From the NCBI RefSeq assembly GCF_001194135.2, contig NC_068993.1, positions 4,062,843-4,126,842 of the forward strand: DNA of 64,000 nucleotides. The letters are read 5' to 3'. Below the pieces are notes generated by a model, which saw only the letters and a list, made by a program, of their open reading frames with translations, made no database searches and was not told the DNA's origin. The DNA is from Octopus bimaculoides. Lineage: Eukaryota. Position 1 is the first letter of the stretch. Each line of letters opens with the position of its first letter. Below are positions 41,346 to 55,239 of this stretch, one piece after another. Both the position numbers and the translations under genes were made by a program.

Positions 41346-42278
41346 TGACGATGACGACGAAGACGACGACGACGACAATAAAGAACAACAAGAAGAACAA
41401 CAATTATAATAGCAACAACAATAACAATGGTGACCGGCATAGTGGTGGTCATGATGACGGTGAGGAAGTAAACAGCAAGTATAATAAGTGCCTTCATCGG
41501 ATAAATGACCGCACGTGAAGTAGGCATTTTTCTTTGTTTTTCTTTTTCTTTTTCCTTTTTGTTTCTTTTTTGGGGGTGAAGGGGGTTGTTCTCTTAATCC
41601 CTTTATTTTATATAGCATCATGAAACTATAAATAGCGGGGGTTAACGAAATACTTGAGTAAATATGCTGAAGTAATGTGTCATATAACGTGCTTAAATGT
41701 TGAGAAATTTTGAAATCATAGCTACGAAGTAGGCTGTTCAGTAAATTGTTGACACTATCAATAAGGAAGATGAAAGTCAAATCAAAGACTCCAATTATTC
41801 AATTAGCATCGTTCTCAACAGTCTATAATTGAGAGGCAATTAGTTTAACCTCTTTACGTGTGTAAATGAATTAACATCATCGATGTTAATAGGTGTAATG
41901 GATAACATTTTCATCATCACAAACAGATTGCGGAGCACAATGCAATAATGGAGGCCCTCTCTGAAACTAAATCCATTTACCCTGAACAAGTCTAGGGGTC
42001 AGTATTTCTTGCACAAACCCCGTGATCGTTTGACGCTCTTTATAGTTTGTGTGAACTTATTGAATAAAAAGAGGACATGTTTAATTTGATAAATTATTGT
42101 GAAAGTTCAATAACCTTTGCCTTAATTACTCATTATTTGATCCTAATTACTAATATTTACACATCAGCTTACAAAAATCTGATACAATTATATATAGGTA
42201 TAGTATAGATTGCGAAGGAGAGAGAAAGGGGGAGATAGATAAATAGATAGACAGACAGACAAACAGAAAGGTAGATAC

Positions 42279-42322
<44 letters not shown>

Positions 42323-42328
42323 TTAGAC

Positions 42329-42393
<65 letters not shown>

Positions 42394-42749
42394 TGATATG
42401 GTATTTTACGAATCTTTTATATGCAATTTCCTCGCCGTTATCTATCGTATTTCCTTGAATGTATTGTTGTTCCTATCATTTGTGTTGATATGTATTGCTG
42501 GGAAGATTATTTGAATATATTAGCAATATGTCACAGGTTTCGAAAGTGAGAGACAGGCGCTCTACAGAGCAATACAAGATAAAGAAGTCTTCGTTCATAC
42601 ACTGACTCTGCATATAATTATATCAGTAAGTAATCTATAATAGAAGTTGATGCGATAATGAAGGGATAATGCTTATAAATAGTATGAGTGTAATGACAAA
42701 CACAAATCCTCGTTAACAAAAGTTCTCAAATTTAGGAGATTACATCAAC

Positions 42750-42855
42750 TTTGGTACCTGACTAGTTCTTTAATCAATAATTGATACCGAAAAGATGAAA
42801 GGCAAAGGCGACCTCAGCATGATTTGAACTCAGAATGTAAAAAGCCAGAAAACAT
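42750..42855 (-). mobile_element. SINE family A fragment
   Basis: GAAAAGATGAAAGGCAAAGGCGACCTCAGCATGATTTGAACTCAGAATGTAAA is the reverse complement of the family A B-box region. Confidence 0.75.
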
Positions 42856-43099
42856 ATTACAAACAAGAAAGAAGAAGAATCTATTCCAGGATTTGATTAG
42901 TATTTTATACATCTCCAATATGATGACAAAACGAACTTAACATTGGTCGAGTTTGAATTAGAACAAATACCTCCAGGAATTCTATCCAATATTGTAATGA
43001 CTTCGCTACCTCGGCATATTCGTTCTATAACCCAGGGACACCATAATGCAGAAATACGTTGTCAGTGAGCTGAGAATTCAACCTAGATTTTTATCTTAC

Positions 43100-43296
43100 C
43101 AATTACAAACCATTTCAATTATATCCTTAATGACCTCCTGAGAGCCATCTATGTCACAATTACCATTATCTGTTTTATTATAAACACTATGTTTCTTCGT
43201 CAGGCATGTGTCTAAAAAAAAATCAATATTTTCATTCTGCTGTTTACCATCCTGATAATTTCTACTTCCTGGGTGTTCTGAGAGAGATAGCTTTAC
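43100..43296 (-). CDS. Candidate internal exon, phase 0-2, VKLSLSEHPGSRNYQDGKQQNENIDFFLDTCLTKKHSVYNKTDNGNCDIDGSQEVIKDIIEMVCN(W)
   Basis: 197 nt open frame, acceptor CTAATCTGCTTATATATCCAG, donor TG|GTAAGA. Part of the opposite strand is also open. No homology recognised. Confidence 0.3.
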
Positions 43297-43627
43297 CTGG
43301 ATATATAAGCAGATTAGATTAGACAAATATGCAACGAACAAAATTGCGGAGTGTGTAAATTACTACTTTGGCAGCGTAAAATAATAAAACATGTTTTCCT
43401 TGAATTCCGTTCCGTAAATGGTGATGAATGTGTTCGGCATTCATCTTAATTTCTTCACTACTTCACGAGATGTCAAACTGTGAAAGTTATGGCTACACAA
43501 CAAGTATCACACACAAAATGTTACTTTCCATTTTACATCCATTTAGCTTCAATCAGTTGGATTAAAATTACTAAGCACAACTTCTATGTATGCAAGTTAT
43601 GTATGCAAGTTATGTATGCAAGTTATG

Positions 43628-43711
<84 letters not shown>

Positions 43712-43778
43712 GCATTATATAATTCGAAATTTCCTCTTCCATTACTATGTCACTGAGACAATATACGGACAGATGAAT

Positions 43779-43829
<51 letters not shown>

Positions 43830-45074
43830 TGATATGTGTGTATACATTCACCATAATATGATATATAATATATATATATTATACACTAAACGCACACATC
43901 CCCTACCTAAATTATACCCAGGACAAGACTATGAAACACTGAACTCCTCAGAGCTCTTCAAAAAACACTCTTCTACGCACTATATTGTGTTTCTTTGTTG
44001 ATTTTTTCTTTTCTTTTATCTGCCATAAAATTTGAAGGATTCTTTCACGGCAGCTGCTCTAGATGAGTTACTTTGCATACAGCAACAGTAAGGCAACCTC
44101 TCTAAATTGTATGTTCTTGTTCGTTCAAGGTAAATAAATGTAGCCAAGAGTGTGAATGTACTGTCGGATGTAGCATAGTATGATGAGCATGTAGCCCATT
44201 AAAAGGTAGCAAAGTATTTCGCTATTCATGGACAGAGAGTTAGGAACCATTGTCATTGCAGAAAGATTACTACCTCTGCAACATTTCTTGTGATTCCCAG
44301 AAAGGAATCTCTGATTAATTTCAGATTTACTGCTGATCACAAATACATATAATTATCCAATTCAATGGGCATCCAAGTTGCATTAAAGTAAAACAGTTAT
44401 ACATTGTGCTCAAACCCTTTCGTGGTTATATTCTTAATTAATTCTCTATCTCAATTAATTCGAAAATAATCAAGAATTTTGAAGGGTTTAGGAAAATAAT
44501 TATTTCGCAATTAATTTCATTTTTTTACATTACAAAAACGGTTTTAATTGAAATTTTAATAGATCCTTTTAGCTCAACGTGTTCAAATTCAACGTTTACA
44601 TAATAAAATACAGGTGAATTGCAGGTGAGATGTTATGAAATAGCTTAAGAACAAATATGTGCTTCTATTATGGATATTTTTATGGATGTGGGTTGCATCA
44701 TTGTGGTTGTGGCTAGTAAACATATTGCGGAGGTTTGGGTCAGAATAGTTGAGGTTACATTAAAAATAGTTTGAGATTGTGGTCACAACTGACATTGGGG
44801 TTAGTATGCTTAGAATACATGAAGTTCTGGTTACCATAGTTGAGAATTTGTCCAGTGAAGTTGTTGGTCAAGAACACTAATCAATAACAACCGTAAGTGA
44901 AAAAATAAGAATTTTTGAAACTGATTCAGAGAAAAACGAAAACAAAAAACATTTTCTTTCATAGTTAACAGGGCTACAGGTATGACAGGGCAACAGGTTC
45001 ATCATAAAACAGGTGAACGTTTTCAAAAGGTGGCAGACTGGATATGAAGGTAGCCAAAAGGAAAACTTCATGTA

Positions 45075-45105
<31 letters not shown>

Positions 45106-46981
45106 ACAAACACATACACACAGAGAGAGGGCGAGAGAGAGATAAAGAATGAAATAGATAGATAAATAGATAAATAGACAGACAGGGAGGCAGTCAGGCA
45201 GACAGACAGGCAGGTAGTTATGCATTGTGTACGTATGTGGATAGATAAATAGATACTGACAGACAGACAGACAGACTGACGGACAGGCAGACAGACAGAC
45301 AGCTAGATAGATAGACGTTTTGTCAGTTTATATTTTATCAAAAAATCTGTCACACGCAAGTAAGTATGACTTGGTAGTAAGTACACTGCTTTCGTTAACT
45401 GATTCAGGAAGGACCTATGTAACTGTGTGCAAACTCTCACCCTTCTCAGCCTTGGACTCTCTGGAATACCAACGATGTAACAACCAGGTAGTATGATCCA
45501 GTCCTGCATTAGTACTCAGTGGAACATCGCCACACTTGTGTAAGCTTGTGCATTATGAAATGAAGTATCTTGCTGAAGAACACGACGTTTTAATGTAATC
45601 TAGGTATAAGATACGGTGAACCAACACCCGCACGTTCATTTTAATTTATATAGTTAATAATTTAAGGCTATTCAAAATTTAACCAAATTAAAAGAAGCAT
45701 AGTAACGAGTAATTTTGTAGAGTAGCACGAATTGCTACTTGGATCACAACCTAACAAAACCGTACAGATCAATAATAATGCATTGTTTTAAACATCATCA
45801 TTGAAATCAATACAAAGCTAAGTAGTAGATATTTCTTTCGGAATTGTCTTCGAATGACACTAAAAGATGCCACAAAAAAAAAAGAAAAAATGTCGAGATG
45901 ATTCTGTAGAATGTTACTTATATTTTATTTACATAAATTCATTTGTTATTTTCTCCTCTTTTATGATGTGTGGAGTCAGTAAGTTCATTGGTAATAGCAG
46001 AAATGTCATCGCTTCTGTTTTACCTGTCTAACAACCTCTTTGTTAATTATTTCCAATTCATTCGCGCGCACACACACACACATACACATACCTAAATGCA
46101 TATGTATCTGTGTGTGGCTGTATAGAAATGTATATACATGCACACACATATATATTTATGTATACACAGACACACACAAGCATATATTTTTTTTCCGATT
46201 CAGTTCATTGGCATGGGTGTTGTAGTTCACTAATATATATATACATTTTTTTTTTACGAGTAACAGGAAGAGCAGTAAAAGATAAAAATGAAGGCAGAAA
46301 AAATACTTTCCATGAAATAAAAAAATAACGAAAACATTATCAGCCAAAAAAAAAGAAATAGCGAATGAAAAGCTATGGAGATTATCTGACCTCAGCTCTC
46401 GTTCGGTTGCATGAGATTCCTTCCAATGTAATTCAATGAGTTCAAGAATTCTAATTACAAAACCATATTCTTTGTAAACTTTCTGAACCAATATCTTTTA
46501 CTTTTTCTTTTCTTTTTTGTTTGTTTACTATTTATTATTTTCTTTCATTTGGCTTCATCGTCGTTATCAACATCAACAACAGCAGAGGCAGCAACGGCAG
46601 TAACAGCAGCAACGGCAGTTGCAGCAGCAGCGCTGTCATCACTGTCAGCGTTGTCGTCGTCATCATCATCCTCGCCACCATTAATATCATCACAATAACC
46701 ATTAACTTCGTCAGCAGCTGCAACACGATAGCCAAGAGCATCGCCTTCACCACCGCCACCGCCTCCACCGCCTCCACCACCGTCTCCACCACCACTACTG
46801 CCATAACCTCCATCATCACTACTCCCCAAATTATTACCATTTATCATCAACACCATCACCACCACAACCAGCTCAACTATCACCACAGAATGTTAACAAC
46901 TGCACATTGTATTCTGTCTTGCAAAGATCTACACATATTGGTCAAAATTCTTTTCTACTCAAGGCACACGTCCCGACATTT

Positions 46982-47238
46982 TTGAGGAGAAGGCCAATTA
47001 GATCGACCCCAGTATGCAACTGGCACTTATTTTAGCAACCACGAAAGGATGACAGGCAAAGTCGACCTCGGCGGAATTTGAACTCAGAACGTAAAGACAG
47101 ACGAAATACAGCTAAGCATTTCGCCCAGCGTGCTAACGTTTCTTATCTCTTTACTGTCCACAATGGGCTACATACAGAGGGGACAAACAAGGACAGACAA
47201 ACGGCAACGTGCTAACGTTTCTGCCAGCTCGCCGCCTT
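46982..47238 (-). mobile_element. SINE family A, near full length, interrupted by a nested 61-bp insert
   Basis: Head GGCGGCGAGCTGGCAGAAACGTTAGCAC at about 47236 downward, B box GAGTTCAAATTCC, body GTCGACTTTGCCTGTCATCC. Confidence 0.9.
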
Positions 47239-48206
47239 CTGCCAGCTTTATTCATCTAACTCGTAGTAGCATAAAAGAAAAAATGTAAAACCAGCGAATG
47301 ATTAAGCTATTGGCTACAGCCTATCATTTCAACATTCATAGCTTGTAAATTTTAACAATAAATTCTTCCATATTTATCAATTCAACTTTGTGATTTCCAA
47401 TAATTTAGATAATAAAATGTTTAACTTTACCAACAACTCTGATAAAAGTAGAAATTGTTTTCACAAACTTTTCCAAATTCAATTTCATGTACGTTTGCCT
47501 ATTTTTCTTTCCAGACTGTGAAATGCCTGATTCACTCTTAATAAAGCTTTGAAGTAAATAAATACCGCTTTTCTCAATTGGGGGCTTACATGTTAAAAAT
47601 ATTATTTCTCGCACAAATACCAACATGCAATAGATAAAAAAAACATTTACTAAAAGGAAAAAGAAACACTGCCAAAAGATATGAAAGGACAAACACACCA
47701 TTTCAAATTCTGTATACTTTTCTCGCCAAATCAAATACAGCAGAATTTAGTATCTCCTTAGGAGATATAAATATTATTTCCTTAGGGTATTTTATTATAA
47801 GTCATCCCTGCAGGGACCACTCAAATGTAATGTCAGCGTTCAGTCAACGAGTAGATTTTTACTTAGAAAGAATTTCTAATCACCCCTCCCTAATTTTTTT
47901 TCCTTTTTTTTTTCCTTATTTTTAGTTTGAGATCATGATCTTTTCCTTCAGCCAACCTTCAAACCAAGTCAATTTTCATTTTCTGATTTTTGAGAACATT
48001 TCTTTGCCTGCAGGAATATTGTTTGGAATAAATAACATGGTAATATTTCTTTCCTANNNNNNNNNNNNNNNNNNNNNNNNNNNNNNNNNNNNNNNNNNNN
48101 NNNNNNNNNNNNNNNNNATACGTATGCACATAGATTTATATATTTATATACATACATATCTATTCATATCTGTATATATCTTCTTACATGCAAGATATAT
48201 GTACGA

Positions 48207-48266
<60 letters not shown>

Positions 48267-48718
48267 AAGCATGTAAGTATATAAATAATAGGATTACATT
48301 ATCAAGTGTATATTCTATTACTGATGCCTTCCTCAGAATACAAATATTCCTGGTGATAGAGAGAAAAAAAACGAAAAAGATTTCGTATAAGTTTTCATTT
48401 TACCTTCGAGATGTCCTTGGTGGAAAAAATTTATATTCACATACACAAACAACGCATATATTTTCAAATACTTGCAAATACATGTCTACACAAACAAACG
48501 CACACATGCATACGCACAAACCCAAACACAGACGTATATGTGTTTTGTATATCTATTTACAAGCGATAGTTCGTGTGTGTGTGTGTGTGTGTGTGTGTTA
48601 CATCGGTGTATATGTGATCGGATGTAAAACTGTGCAGGTTTATACTGCATGCTAACATGTTTTAAAATACTAACTTGCAACGATAACAACATAAATAGTG
48701 TTTTTCATATTAACTCAC

Positions 48719-48777
48719 CTTTGGGTATTGTCAACGAAAATCCACTTTGTTGCAAGAATTAGGACCATGTCTGTAAG
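48719..48777 (-). CDS. Weak candidate exon LTDMVLILATKWIFVDNTQ
   Basis: Consensus donor AAG|GTGAGT and acceptor ACTTATCCTCAG. Short, so it could be chance. Confidence 0.2.
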
Positions 48778-49918
48778 CTGAGGATAAGTCTCCCCTATCG
48801 TTCTTCTTGTGTATACAGGAGATTTTAAAAGATAGTATTAGTGAACTTCCAGCCATGACGTCAACAATTTATTGTGTCATTAGCCTTCGAATTTGTAAAA
48901 GACTCAATAAGTCTCTTTTCTTGATTGCAAATACGTAATGACCAGGCTATCTGAAGGTATATGCACGCAGGACAGTTGCCTCAGTCCCTATACTAATCTA
49001 TGTATGTAGGGACCTCAGTACACTGCTTTCCCCGAAAGTCTATAATATTGTTCAGGCGTCTCTGATTACTGCAAAATGATATAATCCAATACTTTGCGGA
49101 GAAATGTTTCTGTAAAATTGCTGAGGCTTTATGAGTTGATTTGAATTTCATATGTGAGAAAGGTTCCTCTCTGAGAGACTGCTGTCTTATCCAGGATGTA
49201 AGCAGTTTCCCTTGTTGCTTTATCAGAAATCTTTATTATCAGTGTTACCGTTGGTAGATTGATAGAATTCCAATATCGGAAAAGTGTCAAGAACTAACGG
49301 TTAAGTAAAAGTTAAAAATGAATTTGAAAAACATATACCTCCTTATTTGGTAATTCACAACGTACATACAAGTACAGCTTGACCAGTAAAAATAATTTTT
49401 TTTAAGAGGTCTATAAATAGAGATACTGATTGGATTTCATAGAGAGGAAGTTAGTTTTAATATTACATATATTAGCACCCACTTCTTATATATCTTTTAG
49501 TCTAGATTGAAATAAAAGTGACTGAAAGAACAAATATATTAATCACATAAAATGACAACGAAGAAAAAATCCTATGTACTTTAAACGTCTTTTTTGTTTT
49601 TCTATTAACTACAGGTATGACAATTACGATTTTATATTTTTTAATATCTGGGTTTATTTGTATGAAACAATTGTATAGAAAACTGAAAACTATAATCCAT
49701 TTTAACATCCGATCTCCTTCATTTCATAAATATGAATGAAATTGTTGAACTTTGTTTAATAAGTTAAGTCATATACTGATTATTTTAATACAAGCTTTCA
49801 TACTTGTACGAATTTTATACAAAAAATTCGAAAGTAAGGTATGAAGAAAAGACATTGGAAACCTTAAGAAAAATTTCCAATTAAAGGATGAACAGACATT
49901 CATCCGATAAAATATATG

Positions 49919-50004
<86 letters not shown>

Positions 50005-50503
50005 ATGTATGTGTGGACGCATGTATGTCTTTGCATACATAATTAACAAATATTTTTCATCTAGTTCTGCCAAAGAATATGAAACCACGCTATGCTATAG
50101 GTGTCAGTCTCAGAGTCAGTCTGCATGAACAATCTGACAAGATTATATTGTTTCCTATAAAAAGCATTTCTTAAGAAAAATTAAAACGAAATAACAATAT
50201 TTAGATATTGCTGTTTTGTTCTATAAATCAGAATATGTACTTTAGCATTTCACTCATTTAGTAGTTTTGAGGTTGTTGGGTAAGGGCAGACTCGGTCAGT
50301 AACAATTAAAATCTTATATGAATTGGCCAGTATGATAGGTCATTTTTTTTTCTCTCTCAACACTTATTTCTTCAACCTCATTACATTCACGTGTATCTTG
50401 CCATTCACCGTTCAACCACCACCACATTAGCGTTGGAAGTTTTCTATAGAATTCTTCAGCTGCAACACGATGAGTGATAGAAAGACAAGAGAAAAACAAC
50501 GAG

Positions 50504-50551
<48 letters not shown>

Positions 50552-51323
50552 AAAGAAAGTCAGAGAGAAAAAAGAGAGTGTTAGTGATTGCTGCTGATAT
50601 TTCAGCATTGCTAATTAAAAATGTAATCAAGCATTCACGAAGCTCCCGTTTTGTAATTAAAACAAAAATGAAAGTTGAGGCGCTGAAGTATTTATCAAGT
50701 GCTTCATGTAGGAGAATTACAAAGAAATATCTATAAACAATGGCTATATTACCACATTCAATGCAAAATCTCATTATTAATGAAGGAAGTGAAATAAGTA
50801 CCGAATGGACAATTTCAATAAGATTTTAAACAAGTGTGGCTTTTGGTTGCTGTTTGCTGTTTCTCAAGTGAATACTCAGGTCCTTTGTTTGTTAAAAATT
50901 TCAAGAGAAATAACATAAAAAATTATAATTAGTGATATAGCATACATGATAGAATTTTAGGGAGTCAGGTTTAATACCCAGTGACGGCTATTCTAATCAT
51001 TTTTATAAAGCTATTGAGAAATGAATATAAAGAAGGCTTGAAATCAAATGAAATGCAAATTCCATTTTTTATATTTCATATTAAGCACAGGTCAGTGCTG
51101 ATCAAACAGAATAATTATTAAAGATATCCTAAAAGTGATTATCCCATCTTAATTTCAGATACAGTAATATCCAATGTAGCTTATATTTTCAGATGGTTGA
51201 GTGAGGTGTCAAAGAGATTTAGCTGTTGTTACTAAAATGTCAAGTAGCCAACCAGAAACTATCAATTCATGTATCTAACGATTCAAGAAGCTTCACTTTC
51301 TTATAATGTATGTGTGTGTGTGT

Positions 51324-51354
<31 letters not shown>

Positions 51355-51362
<8 letters not shown>

Positions 51363-51652
51363 CCTTTATTGTTTTACTTGTTTCGGTCATTTAACTGCGG
51401 CCATGCTGGAGTACCGTCTTTAGCAGAAATAATCTTTGCAAGCCTAGAACTTATTCTAACGGTCTCTGGACGAAATGCTTAGCGGTGTTTCGCCTGTCAC
51501 TACGTTCTGAGTTCAAATTCCACCGATGTCGACTTTACTTTTCATCCTTTCGAGGCCGATAAATTAAGTACCAGTTGCGCACTGGGGTCAATCTAATCGA
51601 CTGCACCCTCCCCCAAAATTCCGGACCTTCTGCCTAGAGTAGAAAAGAATAT
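51355..51652. mobile_element. Chimeric SINE: family B 3' end (minus, about 51355-51470) joined to a 5'-truncated family A copy (plus, about 51470-51652)
   Basis: TTTTACTTGTTTCGGTCATTTAACTGCGGCCATGCTGGAG followed by CGAAATGCTTAGCGGTGTTTCG...GAGTTCAAATTCC...GAGTAGAAAAGAAT. Confidence 0.8.
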
Positions 51653-51987
51653 ATTGCAGATATATTACATGTGTGTTACTTAATTCTCCTTCTTAGATCT
51701 TTCCGTTCTGAGTTAAAATTCAACCGAGGTCTCACTTGCCATTTATTTATCTACTTATTTTGAGGTCCATAAAATAAGTATCTGTCGACGTAATAGACTT
51801 ACACGCTCCCTTGGAATTACTAGCCTTGTACCAAAATTGGAAGTCATATTGATTTCTTTTAGCGTAGAAGTATAAGTAAGCAAAATAGGACCAATACTGG
51901 ATTTGAACTGAGATTAATAGATTTCCAACGCATCTGGACTGTACGTCCACCAGATCAACAATTGGTAACGTTAGAGACAATATATAA

Positions 51988-52200
51988 AACGGCGAGCTGG
52001 CTGAGTCGTTAGCATGCCAGGCAAAAATGCTTAGCAGTATGGTGTTCGTTTTTACGTTCAGAGTTCAAATTACGCCGAGGTCGATTTTTTGCTTTTCATT
52101 CTTTCGGGGTCGATAAAATGAGTACCACTGGAGTCGAGGAAATCGACTTTCACTCACTCCTGACATTGCTGGCTTTGTGCCAAAATTTGAAATCAACATT
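51988..52200 (+). mobile_element. SINE family A copy; another diverged copy at about 51695-51850
   Basis: GGCGAGCTGGCTGAGTCGTTAGCATGCCAGGC...GAGTTCAAATTACGCCGAGGTCGA...TTCGGGGTCGATAAAATGAGTACC. Confidence 0.85.
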
Positions 52201-53084
52201 AATAGCAATATAAAGCAGTCATTAATTAATCATTGCTGAAATAATTTAGAAATAGATTTATTACATTAGAATTATCTTCAATTTTATTTTGTTTCGTTTT
52301 CTCTCGACTAATTGCGAATTGAGAAAAAAAATAAAAGTATTATTAATTAGTAATAATTTTAAAAAATAATTATTAGTTTAACCTACTAATGAATTGATAT
52401 TAGTTGACATTGATGGAAGGCAAGGGACTTTTTGTGAGGGCTGGAGATACTAGCAGGGAGCCTGTGATTATCAATTGCATTTATTTATTTTGTTGTATTC
52501 ATTCTAGAAAATGCAGACAGACATCGAAGACATTTTTTTTCGACTACTATCTGTAAAATTGTCACTGAAGAATTTATCCTTAATTCATCATTTTTGTTTC
52601 CTTAGAGGTAAATTTCTTTTAAATAAATAAACAAGAAAATTGATTTTAAAAAACAGTTACTATACACTTGAAACAAAGCCAACCTATCTGTGTGTCTGGA
52701 ATTAATTATTTTTTCAGTGGGGGTAAAAAATATGATGTAAAAATAAAGAACTTGGGGAAAATTAAAGAAAAATGAAATTTTGATGGAAGACAAAATTAAT
52801 TACTTATCTGAAATGACAAAATTGATAATTTCTCATCAAATATTAAGGCTTGATGAGAAATTTACAATTATTTTCTTTTTTTTTTAATGCATTTTTTGTT
52901 TCTAAGATAAAAACAACACTCACAATTTTCCCTCATAGAAAAAGTATATTATTATGAAGAGTAAATGTGTTGGAAGTAGAGCTTAACTCAGTGGACCATT
53001 GAAAAGTGAGATAATAACGATTTCTTTTATTCCCCACGGGGGACCAGACGCGGTGGAGACGACGTTAGAAGAACAGTTTGCAAT

Positions 53085-53345
53085 TTGCGTAAGAGTTTAC
53101 AAAAAAGAAAGAGAAAGGGGGTGAAATGAAATAAACGTATACATAATCTACAAAATATGTGACCACTTCTATCGTGCAGTCCTTCGAGTACAGGAGAACC
53201 TTCAACTATGGCCGGTCAAGGAACCCCACAGTTTCAGGATCACTCTGACTATCAAGGACACGAGTCCTTGCCCAAAGTATTATTGCCACAGTCACCCACC
53301 TCTTGGCAAATTCATTGGGAGGGCGTATTTAATATCGGGGGCCAG
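53085..53345 (-). mobile_element. Probable L1/Tx1-like LINE 3' remnant
   Basis: Minus frame NEFAKRWVTVAIILWAR plus a 3' UTR-like segment (CCTTCGAGTACAGGAGAACC...GGAACCCCACAG). Assignment is from recollection of octopus LINE 3' ends. Confidence 0.35.
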
Positions 53346-53399
53346 TCAAGGTAGGATATCATCTATGAAACATAAACAGTAGATATATAAACAGAGCAT

Positions 53400-53449
<50 letters not shown>

Positions 53450-53493
53450 NNNNNNNNNNNNTATATATATATATATATATATATATGCATATA

Positions 53494-53645
53494 GGCGCAG
53501 GAGTGGCTGCGTGGTAAGTAGATTGTTTACCAACCACATGGTTCCAGGTTCAGTCCCACTGAGTAGCACATTGGGCAAGTGTCTTCTACTATAGCCTCGA
53601 GCCGACCAAAGCCTTGTGAGTGGATTTGGTAGACGGAAACGTCGT
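53494..53645 (+). mobile_element. SINE family B, 5' half, well preserved
   Basis: GGCGCAGGAGTGGCTGCGTGGTAAG (A box), CCAGGTTCAGTCCC (B box), TTGGGCAAGTGTCTTCTACTATAGCC...GACGGAAAC, then (TA/TG)n. Confidence 0.9.
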
Positions 53646-54185
53646 ATATATGTGTGTGTATGTGTGTGTGTGTGTGTGTGTGCGTGCGTAGGCTTTTATA
53701 TGAAGAGATAGAGAGACGGTGTATATAGTTGTGTATATGTAGGTATGCTTGTTTGTTTGTATGTATACGGCAGTTTCCATTTATCAGGGTGAGTTATCCC
53801 GTAGTGAGTCAAATTAAACCTCAAGCTTCACTCCTGGTAATGCCCTTCCGTCAATACCCTTAAGTTTCTGTTTTGCAACCATATTTCCCCCGGAACCGAC
53901 TATGGTTTCTCGCGCAGGCACCCCACCGGGTCATCGAAGTGAATGCTGGCAGAATGCTAGTCGGCATCGTTTACCGTTGGAAAATCGAAGAAGGTACTTG
54001 CCCAAGGTTCCGTGCAATGGGGCTGAACCCCAAATCACGGGACTTCTTGAACGCACATCCGCATAAATACGTGAAACTATAAGAGATATAGTATAAAAAT
54101 GATATCATAGAAGATACGAAAAATAATAAAATCGTAGAAGAGTGATTAACTGTAAATAAAAGAATAACGACTAATGTTTACTTAC

Positions 54186-54272
54186 CTGATTGGCTAATTG
54201 AAATATTTGCACTATTCTAGCTTCAAAGCAAGAGAGTGTAATGGAGGTGACCCCAATGAATTCTCTCAGGGT
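54186..54272 (-). CDS. Weak candidate exon, phase 0-0, TLREFIGVTSITLSCFEARIVQIFQLANQ
   Basis: Consensus donor CAG|GTAAGT, acceptor TTTTCAATAAATAG, 87 nt open. No homology recognised. Confidence 0.25.
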
Positions 54273-55142
54273 CTATTTATTGAAAACTTAAATTTTCTTG
54301 TGATATATAAATTGGATGGTAATAAAAGCCACTTAATAATGCAAGTCTAGAGAAAAGGATGATAATGAGGAATAAATATGTAAACGGATCTCCAACGGTT
54401 TCGACGAGGAGTATTCTGCTGTTTGATCATCTAAATTACCTGTTCATTAAATTAGCGAGTAAAAGGCTGAGTATTCCACGAACATGTGTTACTTTTAACC
54501 TAATTCTGAGGTAATATCGGCATGGCGCACATACAATGAACCCAACAGGCTTAGGCTTCCTAACAGTTTCCGATGATGGTTATTAATATTTAAAAAGTCT
54601 GCTAGTTGTTTAAAATTATTGAAAGTCATAAAACCAAATTCCTTTCCTGTTCTTCACTTTATTCCTTCTTTTTCTGCCAATGTTTACCTTCCTCTTCGTT
54701 CTGCTTAGTTGTGTATTTCCAGCTCAGTCCTGATTGATCATAGAAGTTCCAGGTGTGATCATCCTCCCTTTTTTTAAGCAATGTATATCAAGCAATTTGG
54801 GTCAAGGTGGAAAAGAATAGCACATACAAGACAGAATTAAAAGCTCATTGTGATCAGCGGTGTATAACAGCATCTGATGGTCTGGTTGAAACTGCGATAT
54901 CTGGGACTACACTATTCAATGTTTTTTTTTTTTTATTAAACAATAATATGTACCTTAAATTAAATTCTGTTGGTATTGCTTGCAAATCCTCTTAACACAC
55001 AAAAATCCCCTCGTTTCCCTTTCTCCCATCGTCTTTATTATGTCTAACCACCCCAAGTCTCTCAGTAATCACTATACTCTTTCCTTTCTTCAAAATATGT
55101 CTCTCTTCTGGATAAGGCTTTCTGTTCTTGTTTTTCTTGCAG

Positions 55143-55239
55143 GTCTTTACTTACAAATGTTCAAGAAGAACCAGGCATAAATCTCACTGGTCTTAGAGGG
55201 ATTGCAAGGCCAGGGACACTGACCCGCCCTCCAGACCTA
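55143..55239 (+). CDS. Internal coding exon of an unidentified gene, phase 2-0, SLLTNVQEEPGINLTGLRGIARPGTLTRPPDL
   Basis: Long polypyrimidine acceptor TTCTGTTCTTGTTTTTCTTGCAG, donor CTA|GTAAGT, GC above the flanks, and only one of three frames open. Confidence 0.7.
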
